The notes below the pieces were generated by a model. The model made no database searches and had not been told where the DNA came from. It saw only the letters and a program-made list of their open reading frames with translations. 64,000 nucleotides of DNA from Octopus sinensis (lineage: Eukaryota): NCBI RefSeq assembly GCF_006345805.1, contig NC_043001.1, forward strand, positions 57,970,001 to 58,034,000. Reading direction: 5' to 3'. Positions within the stretch are counted from its first letter, which is position 1; every line of letters begins with the position of its first letter. Positions 1-10,831 of the stretch are shown piece after piece. Made by a program: the position numbers and the translations under genes.

Positions 1-2010
1 TACACGCACGCACACACATGCTCATACATACAATGTACATGTGTATATGTATATTTTCATATATGTATGTACATCGCATGAACAGCAGTTAACCGTTTGA
101 AAATCGTATACAACCCACCAATTGACAGTGAATCTCTTCTGACATATATATCCCATTATATTTATCGGCCTCACATACTTCTACCATTTTTGTTTGTCAT
201 TTTCAAAGATGTTAAAATTCATTTTAATAAAGAGAAAAACATAGTATTAAGTAATCTCTCCTTTGTAAATTGCTGTAATCGTAAGGAACATGCAAATATA
301 CTTATATTCAATCCAAATATTATTGATAGCAATAATAAATACTGAAATGTCCCCAATATAGCTTGTGACGAAATAAATGACTTCATATGTAACAGTAGGA
401 TATCGCTGACATAATCCAAAAGTAAGTGTGATAATAAGAACAATAAGAATAATAACATTAATATGTCAATTTTTAACAATTAAGGAAATTGGAAGTATTT
501 ACTTGTCCAAATGAATTCGAAAGGAAATCGAAACAACACAAATGAACGGGAAAAGAACATTAGAAAAAGCAAAGAAATAAAAAAAATACAAATACGTGAA
601 AATTTATTCTGAATTTGTAAGAATCGTTATTAGATTTTCAAATAATAAAAAAGGGAAAAATGATAATAACTTCAATTTAATTCTGAATGTCCGAAATATA
701 TTCAAGATAGTAATATATTATATATTGGCATTTAGTAATAAATATTTTTTTGAGACATCAACTAAATAATTAATGTCTTAAACTTAGACTGCTTCTATTA
801 TGACAAGTAGTTATTAATGTTTTATTGTTCATATTTGTATTGTTGTTAGATTTCTGTTCATCATCTGTTGATGATATTGTCCTGACATTGTTTGGGGGGG
901 CTTTCGAGGTATATTTATATATTTATTTATGTATTTATTCCCCAACAAATATTAATCAAATCTTAATTGATAATATCAAATATACAGAGAATAAAACTAA
1001 AACAATACAAAATCAGAAAGACAGACTCACACGTGTAGTTCTTCATACATACACGCGCATAAATATGAGTGTGTGTAGTTGGTAGGTAGATGGTCATAAC
1101 TATGAACATTAATACGCAACCTTATACAAAAACACATTCACATATAATGTAATTGAATTAGTTTTGGAAGATTATTCCATTTTTCTGGTTGGTTTCAATT
1201 GATCATATCAAGCCATCAGACTTTCAATAACGGTGTCAGAATTAGAAATGCCATATTAGAGATATTTCTCTGGTTTTCCCCATCATACACATAATCTTAA
1301 GTCCACGTCCAATTACGAATAAGTCTCCTAAAAGTTAGTGTAGGAATATACACATATCCACATGTGTATATTTTAGAGCTATGCATTTTATTTCAATTTA
1401 CATCGGTTCTTCTCATTCGAGCATTATTGAATATATGTGTGCATGTGTGTGTGTGTCTCTATATATGTGTTTGTGTGTCTATGTGTGTATGTGCCTATGT
1501 CTGTGTTTGGGTGTTTATGTGTGTGTGTGCCTATGTCTGTGTTTCGGTGTTTATATGTGTGTGTTTCTATGTCTGTGTGTGTCTATGTTTGTGTGCGTGT
1601 CTATGTGCGTGCGTTCGCGCCTGTGTGTGTACGTGTATGTGCGCGCATCTATGTATCTTGTGCTGACAGCGATTTGTTTCACTCTCACGTGTTTGTTCAC
1701 ATTCGATAGTCATCATTGTGTCTTATATACACATCTAAAAGTATTCAATACCTTTGTGACTTCAGAAGGCTGGTCAGCCGAAAAGTTTTCAGTTCTGGGT
1801 TTTACAATTTTTCAAAAATCCTTGAACATAGTCAACTTTCCATTGATAAAATACGTTTAAACCCCAAAAGGTAATGGGGAAAAATGACTCGGGTTGCGGT
1901 GGGGTTGATTTGTATATACGACATATATACATTCAAATGCACAGATACAACATATGTATGTTTGTATGTATGTATGTATATATGTGTGTGTGTGTGTGTG
2001 TCTGTATGTT

Positions 2011-2046
<36 letters not shown>

Positions 2047-2050
<4 letters not shown>

Positions 2051-2578
2051 CGTATTTTTGCCATTTCAATATGGCTAACCCCTAAGGGTGGATGCTACTG
2101 TAGTTTTTAGCCCCAGGAGGACACACTCCTCCAGCTGGCCATAGACACACTTTCTGTGTCCTGTCAGTATTTGCAAAGGGAAGTCATCCTTCCCGTCTTC
2201 AACTTATGATACACACGGACTCGAGTTTCGAGGTATTGACCTCTCGTCAGCGTGTGAGGATCATAGTTGTCGCCGAGAATTAGATTTCCTTCACAAATAC
2301 TTATACTTTTTCCAGCGTCCACTGTCGCTGATATTGAAAAAGTGAAATCAAACAATGATAAATATCAAAGTGAGTTATATACAGTAGCGGTAACACATCG
2401 TGACGTATTTTTGCCATTTCAATATGGTTAACCCCTAAGGGTGGATGCTACTGTAGTTTTTAGCCCCAGGAGGACACACTCCTCCAGCTGGCCATAGACA
2501 CACTTTCTGTGTCCTGTCAGTATTTGCAAAGGGAAGTCATCCTTCCCGTCTTCAACTTATGATACACACGGACTCGAG
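2047..2578 (-). mobile_element. Retrozyme-like tandem repeat, 353-bp unit, about 1.5 copies
   Basis: 2047-2225 recurs at 2400-2578 (offset 353, one mismatch). The unit contains a type I hammerhead on the minus strand and several hairpins, has no credible ORF, and abuts (TA)n. Confidence 0.8.
2200..2269 (-). ncRNA. Type I hammerhead ribozyme, intact core
   Basis: Minus strand reads CACACG-CUGACGA-GAGGU(CAAU)ACCUC-GAAA-C(UCGA)G-UC^-CGUGUG. Stem I extends through UAUGAU/AUCAUA and CAAC/GUUG. Predicted cleavage is between 2218 and 2217. Confidence 0.9.
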
Positions 2579-2823
2579 CATCGGTTGTCAAGCAATGCTA
2601 GGGGAACAAACACAGACACACAACACACACACATACATATATATATATATACATATATACGACAGGCTTCTTTCAGTTTCCGTCTACCAAATCCACTCAC
2701 AAGGCATTGGTCGGCCCGGGGCTATAGCAGAAGACACTTGCCCAAGATGCCACGCAGTGGGACTGAACCCAGAACCATGTGGTTGGTTAGCAAGCTACTT
2801 ACCACACAGCCACTCCCGCGCCT
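2579..2823 (-). mobile_element. tRNA-derived SINE, 3'-truncated
   Basis: A box TGGCTGTGTGG and B box GGTTCAGTCCC on the minus strand; nearly identical to 38657-38900. Confidence 0.85.
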
Positions 2824-2986
2824 ATATATATATATATTTTTTCTTCATTCGTTTATTATTGTTATTTGATCTTTCCCAACTGACCTGTTCAGCGACACTT
2901 TTTTGTTTCCGAGTGTCTTCTTGCTCCACTTACTCCATTCTGTTCTACTAAGATGTGTATCCTCACATGCGCATGCGTTAGTGTCC

Positions 2987-2987
<1 letters not shown>

Positions 2988-3051
<64 letters not shown>
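2988..3051. repeat. (TG)n microsatellite
   Basis: Pure TG run. Confidence 0.95.
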
Positions 3052-3054
<3 letters not shown>

Positions 3055-3240
3055 GTGTTAGCGTGGCTGTGTATGTGTGTATGTTTCTGCGTGTGCTTTA
3101 GTTTGTAGCAGCAGCGTGTCCCTCCCTCCGCTCCAATCTCTCAATCCATTTTGCTTCTACTGTCCTAAGACCCGAGAGAAAGGGGTACAGTTCCTGTAAT
3201 TCCTCTGTGCATGTGTGTCCGTCGACAGTGTTGCTAACTT

Positions 3241-3299
3241 GGTTCCGCCGAGGGCAATAGCAATAACTACTAGTTGTTGCTATTGCCTGCGGCGGAACC
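3241..3299 (+). other. 28-bp near-perfect hairpin
   Basis: GGTTCCGCCGAGGGCAATAGCAATAACT-act-AGTTGTTGCTATTGCCTGCGGCGGAACC, with one mismatch and two G-U pairs in the + sense. Confidence 0.85.
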
Positions 3300-4488
3300 G
3301 CCGTTGTTTTCTGACCGTGTTAGTTGTGTTCTTGATATCTTATGGCCATCCATGAGGTTTCATGTATGTGTGTGTGTGTGGGTTCGCTTCGTATGTATCC
3401 ATGCCCTTTATACAGTTTTATTTATACCATCTATATTTGTCTATATATTACATCTATATTACATTTATTACAGAAGCGTGGTAGATATATTTATATAGAT
3501 ATATCAGAAAAGTGTGGCTGAAGAGGTCACAGCTGTGCGACGAAAGATTTCTGAACAATGGACAGGTGTTAAGATAATGAAATAACAATAATAAACGAAT
3601 GAAGAAAAAATATCATCACTGTACCTGTGTTTATTTGGCCCAAAAAATAATGAAGAAAATGACTATCCCGAAATGCATCTGTTTCAGCGCACGATTTCAC
3701 ATCAAGAATCTTGCAAAATTCGTTATATATATATATATATATATATACGTATTTTTAACTGCTTTGTCACTTCTAGGGATGAGATTTCGACATTATACAC
3801 CTGCACAGGGATCGTAGTTCAATGTTTTCTTAAGTTCTTAAGATAATACGAAATGCATATTTGCACCACCTCTCTAGATTACTATGACATAATAGTGACT
3901 TATGACATCCCATAGCCTCCTACACCTATGTCCATCGCTTTTCCATACTCCCCACTGGACTTCTGAACAATTTTTGATTGTGTTGGTGCTTAGTTTCCTT
4001 AACAAACTGAACGATTAATATTAATACATATGGGAAGCGTTTGTGCTAAACCAACTCTCTACCTTCAAACGTGTATTGTTTTTTGTTGTTTTTTTGCAAC
4101 AATTGCCACGCTCCGAGAAGTTATCAGGATGTAGGATTTGTACAGAGTTACCTTTACTTAGATGAATATCTAAGGACGTGAAATGCCTAAATAACCCTGG
4201 AGTGTCTGTAAGTGAAATTCTTTCCAGAAGCAATTCCCTGAAAAACTAATCATCGCATAGGTGAGATCCTACCAAGTGCTGCTATTCCGGTTCAGACACG
4301 GAAGCAATAGTGGCTTAGACGTTCCAAACTTCTCAAAATCCTTGAACTGCTTAACCAAGTTCCCATGCCGGGTGTAATATAAAGTCATACACAGGATATC
4401 TCTCTCACCATCCCTCATTCTCTCTCTCTCTCTCTCTCTGTATGTATTTATATACGTGTGTGTGTGTGAGTGTGTGGATGTATATATA

Positions 4489-4536
<48 letters not shown>

Positions 4537-4702
4537 CTTAGTGAGTATATAGGTATAAATATTTATATACGTATATACATTCATACACACACATATATAC
4601 ATACGTACATACATACAATCATATGCACACACGCATATATTCACACATAATAATTTAAGTAACTACGAAGAATATCAGGTTTACACAGAATTTCATTATT
4701 AC

Positions 4703-4935
4703 TATTTCTTTACTACTCACAAGGGGCTAAACGCAAAGGGGACAAACAAGGACAGACAAACAGATTAAGTCGATTATATCGACCCCAGTGAGTAACTGGT
4801 ACTTAATTTATCGACCCCGAAAGGATTAAAGGCAAAGTCGACCACAGCGGAATTTGAACTCAGAACGTAACGGCAGACAAAATACGGCTACGCATTTCGC
4901 CCAGCGTGCTAACGATTCTGCCAGCTCACCGTCTT
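4703..4935 (-). mobile_element. tRNA-derived SINE with Meta-like core and imperfect target-site duplication
   Basis: Minus strand has head GGTGAGCTGGCAGAATCGTTAGC, B box GAGTTCAAATTCC and core GTCGACTTTGCCTTTAATCCTTTCGGGGTCGATAAA. Flanks TTACACA(GA)ATTTCATTATTAC lie at 4681-4702 and 4938-4957. Confidence 0.85.
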
Positions 4936-6392
4936 ATTTACACAATTTCATTATTACAGTCAGTTATACAACTTGATTAATTTAAATCCCTCTCCGACAT
5001 GTATTTCTGATGCATAGATATCTGGCAATACGTTTTTTACATTTACATACGGTTTTTCATCTAGTTAAAAACGTCTCCATGCAGCTTTATTCATTATGAA
5101 AGCTTGAAATGAGATGACGTATTATGATTTAGACATATTACATTTTAGTTGGGGACAATTAGAGTTGGATGCAAAGGGTATGGGAAGAATATTTAGAAAC
5201 TTGATGGGGCCATAAAATTTGTTATCAGATTAGGGTTGGCCCTAATGTTTGAATTTCGAATCATGAATATCCACACCAGTTTTGATTGCCATTTGGCTGC
5301 TATTTGTATTATTTCTGTAGTCTTTGCAGAGATACTATCTTTCTATATTGCTATATTATTTTTTGTTTATGTCCATTGCACTTTGGATCGAACCAACTTA
5401 CACTGAAACGCTTTCCATCCGCCAACATCCAGTACCTCTCCGAAGCATAGAGCACGCTACTCCGAGAATCACCTCATTAGATATTTCCTCTTCCAGATTT
5501 TAGAGAGTAATGTTAATATGATAGTGATGATGGTGGTGCTGATGAAAGGGAGGAGGAACAGTAGGTGGATGATCGTGTAATATTAATGATATTGCAAATG
5601 TTTTATTGATCAAATTTCAAGTGAAATTTGAAAACTTCCAATAAATCAAAATAATAAAAGCAACTATCTGTAGCATATATGGAAATAATTCTTCACCATT
5701 AATTTAATCTTAAAAAGTTGTCACTAATTGATTTTTTCTTCATAGTCTATTTTTTAACTTATTCTTATTGTTATTTTTATTATTTTCTCTCTTTCACACT
5801 CGCTGGTTGGAATATCATATTTAGTTAAAATTGTTTCTTTCATTTGGTTTATATTTTATCTTCGTTTTAGCTGAAAGGGTAAAAAAACAACATTAATCCT
5901 AATAAAAATTACAATAAAACACTAAAAAAAATATAACTAATTTTAATAAAAAAAGAAGAAAAATTTAAATATGTTTGTAGTTATCAAGTGATGTCACAAA
6001 TATACTACAGTGTCCAACGCATTATTATTCCTTGTCAAACTCAACAGGAAAAAATAAATCCAAAAGAAGAAACAAGAAAGTAAATATAAAAAAATAACAG
6101 ATGGGATATATCAAAAATTTGAAATTCAGTAAATACCGTTCCTGTTGCTGAGGGACAAAGATGTCTGATACACGAACTAGATTTTTAAGTTGAATATTCT
6201 TAACCAAAATCTTCCATTTGACTAGAGGCATTTGTAAACGGAAATAAGATTTTTATTTTTAATTTTTAAGATGTGAAAAACATGTTTAAGAAATGCCAAA
6301 AAAATATACACATTTAACAGTAAAAGCTTCACTCAATCACTTTTATTGGGTGTTTTTTTTTGTTAATGGTCTTCAGTGCATACACACCCATG

Positions 6393-6437
<45 letters not shown>

Positions 6438-7192
6438 ATATACATACAGGCACACAAATTCATACACTCACATGCTCACAACTTGACACACAGTTACACA
6501 TATAAATGTTATAATTTTTAAGCACTTTCCACCGTATCCCCAAGTCCTTTTAAAAATTCTAATAAGTACTCTTGTTCTTTCTACCATTACATTATATGTA
6601 ATTTTTAATATTTTTAAACAATTTTTGAAGATGTTCTCGCAAGTTTATAAAGTAGTCGGTATTGACCACCAGATCGCCCAATGAATAAGACCAATGAAGA
6701 AGGACCTTTCAGATAAGACGAGCGTATATTCTTCTAGATAAGATACTTTATTTACTTATACGATATCTATAATTTAAAAGTGCTTTGCTAGTTTTGAATC
6801 AATAACAAGTTATCTCGTAGTATTTCTGCAACAGACTCTGATTTTTCAAACATGTTTTATAGCATCTATTGGCGTAGAAAATAATAACAGAGGAAAAAGC
6901 GGTGCATTTTATGAAACATTATCACTTTGGTTTCAGATCTTTTTAATTAGATCGTCTATTTACACTATGTAACTGGGTAGTGGAGTACTTTCACTTCCAT
7001 GATTTTGAATTGCATGGACATTTGATTTATTTACTTTCCTGGTCATTTCTTTGTGTGCATGCGCGAATGTGTGCATGTGTGAGTATGTCTGTTTGTGTGC
7101 GCGCGCGTGAATAAAAGTACAGTTAACTGTAAATATCTGGTAACACACATACATACATATATAAATATAATATATATATGTATGTGTATACA

Positions 7193-7232
<40 letters not shown>

Positions 7233-7334
7233 TGTGAGTGTGTATGTATGCGTATATATACATAAATTATGTTTATTACTATTTTTCTCTTTTTCCGCCG
7301 ACTACTCCTTCTTATCGTTATTATTATTATTATT

Positions 7335-7762
7335 CTGTGTTTGACTTTTGCTTTACATTTGCACAAGCTGGTTCCAAATCTCACCCAGATACCTCAAGAG
7401 ACAACAAGTTGGAAGTTCGTGTTGGTGTTATGGCTAGGGTGCCATATATTTGGTTTTGTACATAGTTTGTACATAATTTGTACAATTATGTTTGTTTTAA
7501 AACTTGAGATTACATAGAAAGTATTTTGCGTAGGATATGTGCAGTTCCCATGAACACTATCTTTTGAATTTCTGCCATTTTCGGGTTTCCTGTTATCTGA
7601 GTTAGGTAGCAATCAGCCCCTTTTACTATCATTCCCAGGGCACCTATGACGACAGGTATTGTTTTAGTCTTCAGGTTCCACATTTTGTTGATTTCTATTT
7701 CCAGATCTTTATATTTGCTCAGTTTCTAGTAGGTCTTGTCAGATACGTTTATATCGATTGAG
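7335..7762 (-). mobile_element. Dong/R4-like non-LTR retrotransposon, 3' fragment
   Basis: Minus translation KLSKYKDLEIEINKMWNLKTKTIPVVIGALGMI...EIQKIVFMGTAHILRKILSM* (restriction-like endonuclease C-terminus), homologous to 27550-27760; flanked by (TAA)n at both ends. Confidence 0.85.
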
Positions 7763-7764
7763 TC

Positions 7765-7854
7765 TATTATTATTATTATTATTATTATTATCACCACCAC
7801 CACCACCACGGCCACCGCCGCCGTCGTCGTCATCATCATCAGCAGCAGCAGCAC

Positions 7855-7887
<33 letters not shown>

Positions 7888-7900
7888 TATTATTGTTATT
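7765..7900. repeat. Compound trinucleotide microsatellite (TTA/CAC/CGT/CAG/CAT)
   Basis: Consecutive trinucleotide runs. Confidence 0.9.
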
Positions 7901-7904
7901 GTCA

Positions 7905-8030
7905 GTATTGCTAGCACGCCAGACAGTGGTCTTTATGTTCTGAGTTCAATTTCTCTCAGTGTCGACTTTAACTTTCGTCATTTGACATCGATAAAATAAA
8001 TTCCGTTCAAGTAGCGCCGACTTTTCCCCA
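7905..8030 (+). mobile_element. Degenerate SINE fragment (Meta-like family)
   Basis: GTTCTGAGTTCAATT...GTCGACTTT...TCGATAAAATAA, similar to 23025-23256. Confidence 0.55.
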
Positions 8031-8264
8031 AAACACTCCTGGTACTTTGCAAAAATATATCTTCCTTAAGCGAAGTCGAATTAGGGCGTTTCCGTTTTTG
8101 TTTCTCGTGGTAAAAAAAACATGAGCAAGAAACCAGATGCGGCTACGGCACTACAGATTTTCCCTGCTGTGAGCTGGTGTGATATCCGTTTGTAAAGCAC
8201 GCTTTTGCGCAGCTCATCTCTTTAATGGTCCTACAATGGTGGGTCAATACAAGACCAGAAGTGA

Positions 8265-8342
8265 CATCTAGAATGTCGTCAGATCAACATTGGAATCTGG
8301 AATGTCGTCAGACCAAAATTAGCATCTAGAATGTTGTCAGAC
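8265..8342. repeat. 29-bp minisatellite, about 2.7 copies
   Basis: CATCTAGAATGTCGTCAGA-like units start at 8265, 8294 and 8323. Confidence 0.8.
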
Positions 8343-8439
8343 GCTCACTGCTCACTACCAATCGGGAATTTCCAATGATTGAAATTCAACTGCAACAATA
8401 CATACAAATCTGGTAATGCGTAAGAGCAATGTAGTTCCC

Positions 8440-9000
8440 AAAAAACTCTAGGCGTTCACGAGGATGACCTCGCGTATTTCAGACGATTTTTGCGCTTGAT
8501 ACTATTATAGATAATTTGCAGAAAAACCTGATCTGCCATGTGTTGTCGTGGAGAACTGCCAGTTCTAGATAAACTCTACAGGGAAGGAAGTGTTTTCAGG
8601 CGGGACAGCCCGTGATGTTCACAGAGCAACGAAATCGTATTGTAAGTCCTCGTGAAGTGTCCGAGTATTGCTGACTTGTGGAGTTATGTCGTTATTATAT
8701 GTGGGACAAATCCATCATGAGGATCGCACTACTAATCTCCTTTAACAAGACAAAGCAGACTTATTTCCCCTGTCTTATAGCTATGACGGAAATAGTTTGT
8801 GTTATGGACGAGGCTAGGCTGAAAGGATTGAGGAAGAACACTGTCTTATCGACATTTTAAAGTTTCACCCAGAAATGAAAGTGAGAGTATCGATGGAAGT
8901 TCTCTCTCCCAGTGAATTTCTGAAAACATTAGTGACTCTAGCAAAAGTGGTTAGAATAAAGTCCCCCACTCTAAGTATGAGCCTCTAGGTTGGAGAACAT
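8440..9000 (+). mobile_element. Tx1/L1-like LINE ORF2 C-terminal remnant, older copy
   Basis: DKLYREGSVFRRDSP*CSQSNEIVL*VLVKCPSIADLWSY, a degenerate zf-RVT-like zinc knuckle; paralogous to 9320-9450. Confidence 0.6.
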
Positions 9001-9161
9001 GATCTGTGGGGGTTCATTAATTAGCCATAGAAGGCATTTCACCAGTATTAAAAGGACTGCAACATTTATGTTTTCACATTCTTTGTAAACTATGTATACG
9101 TTTTACCGCATTTCACTATCTTTTCCATTTCTTTCTCCCCATCCTTTATATATAAAGGATT

Positions 9162-10067
9162 AATGGTGGGGATGTGTGCCAACGTTCTTGGGGTGACTCT
9201 GGGCTCCGACGAGAACGAACTGGCTAATCTGTTCCGGAGGACTTTCTGGTCGGGAATTATCATAGATAATTTTCAGATGTCCTTGGCCTGGAAGTGCTAC
9301 CGGGTAGCGCTATCGGTTCGAGACAGGCTCTACAGGTACGGAGGTGCTGTCAGACGGACTTGTCCGAGGTACCTGTAGAGTGACGAAAACTTTCTGCACG
9401 CCCTCGTTCAGTGTCCGGTCATTGCTGACTTGTTGGGTTATGTTGCACAGCTGCTGTCATGTGTGGAACGGATCCGTCTGTCGGCCAAGTCTATAGTGAC
9501 GATTGCAGCGCAGTCCTCCTTCAATCGGGCAGGCAAGTCAGTTTTCCTTTGACTGGTGACTCTGGCGAAAGGTTGTTTGGTGGACAAGGTTGAAAGACGT
9601 GAGGGCAGATACATTCTTCTCTTGGTAGAGCTCTCATTGACTTTTTAAGTTTCAGTTGAAAGGTAATTAATTGAGAGGGAAGAGGGAAGTGCTGTCCTAG
9701 AGTGAGTTTAATGAAAGGTGGGTGAAAATTGCGAATATGACAAGAGTGGATGGTATTTCTCTAAGTATAGTCGGAGAGAAGAAATTTGAGAGGCCACTTA
9801 CTGAGAGGGTTTCAAGGAAATCTCCGGCAGTGGGGTCCTTCGATTATTCCTAGAGGCGTTCCTGTATCAGGAGGGCCACAATTCTATCATACCCCACTAT
9901 TTTTTAACCTTTACATGCTATGCATATGTCTCTTCTTTTCCAGGGTATACCGTGTATAATTTCCTTTTATCGTTTCAATATTATATGTGAAACTCCACAC
10001 TTTATTCCTATTTCTGTTTTGCCCCCACCTCATCATTCGCCCTTTTGGCAAATATATGAAATCTTCC

Positions 10068-10068
<1 letters not shown>
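9162..10068 (+). mobile_element. Tx1/L1-like LINE 3' fragment
   Basis: SLAWKCYRVALSVRDRLYRYG...TCPRYL*SDENFLHALVQCPVIADL (zf-RVT-like), followed by a T-rich 3' UTR ending in (TTA)n. Confidence 0.7.
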
Positions 10069-10255
<187 letters not shown>

Positions 10256-10794
10256 TTTAAAACATCTTGGTTTGGACCCAATCAACTATCATGCGGTCGA
10301 GTAGAGAGATGTACAAAATTCAAGATGCTTACCTGCATCTTGAAAGGGAATGTAATATTTCCTTTCTAATGTTGAAAATGTTTATATATACAGAGTTTAT
10401 CTATACTGGTTATAATATAATTTTTAGTAATCTTAACTTTTATCTTCATGCAACATAACAATGTTGCTTATATAAAATCATCCATTGTACCATTAGTAGA
10501 AACATGGGCTTTTCCCTCCTGTAGCTCTATTAGAGAATTTCTGCAAACTTATTTTAAGGTGTCCACCTGATTGAAAAATGCTATTTATTTATGCAACGGA
10601 GGATGGCCTTATTTAAATTGATGTAATGATTGCATTGTTCAATTAAGTGGAGCCGCTTGAAATGGCCGTATTGCATCAACTCGTGATATCTTGTTGCTCA
10701 TTTTGGTATTATTCACGTTACTTTGAGTTGTACGGACAATACCCCACTAACTTGGTGCTTCAACTTAAGTACCTAAGTCAAATGAATCTCAATC

Positions 10795-10831
<37 letters not shown>

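Noticed and set aside
4021-4260. Shared LLERI peptide with the ORF at 55195-55416; possible hAT remnant
   Set aside because: Similarity is limited to about 30 nt and no further transposase motifs could be confirmed.
8265-8342. Short repeats with variable intervening bases as a CRISPR array
   Set aside because: Only about three units of 29-bp period with related intervening sequence, in a eukaryotic context with no cas genes; it is a minisatellite.
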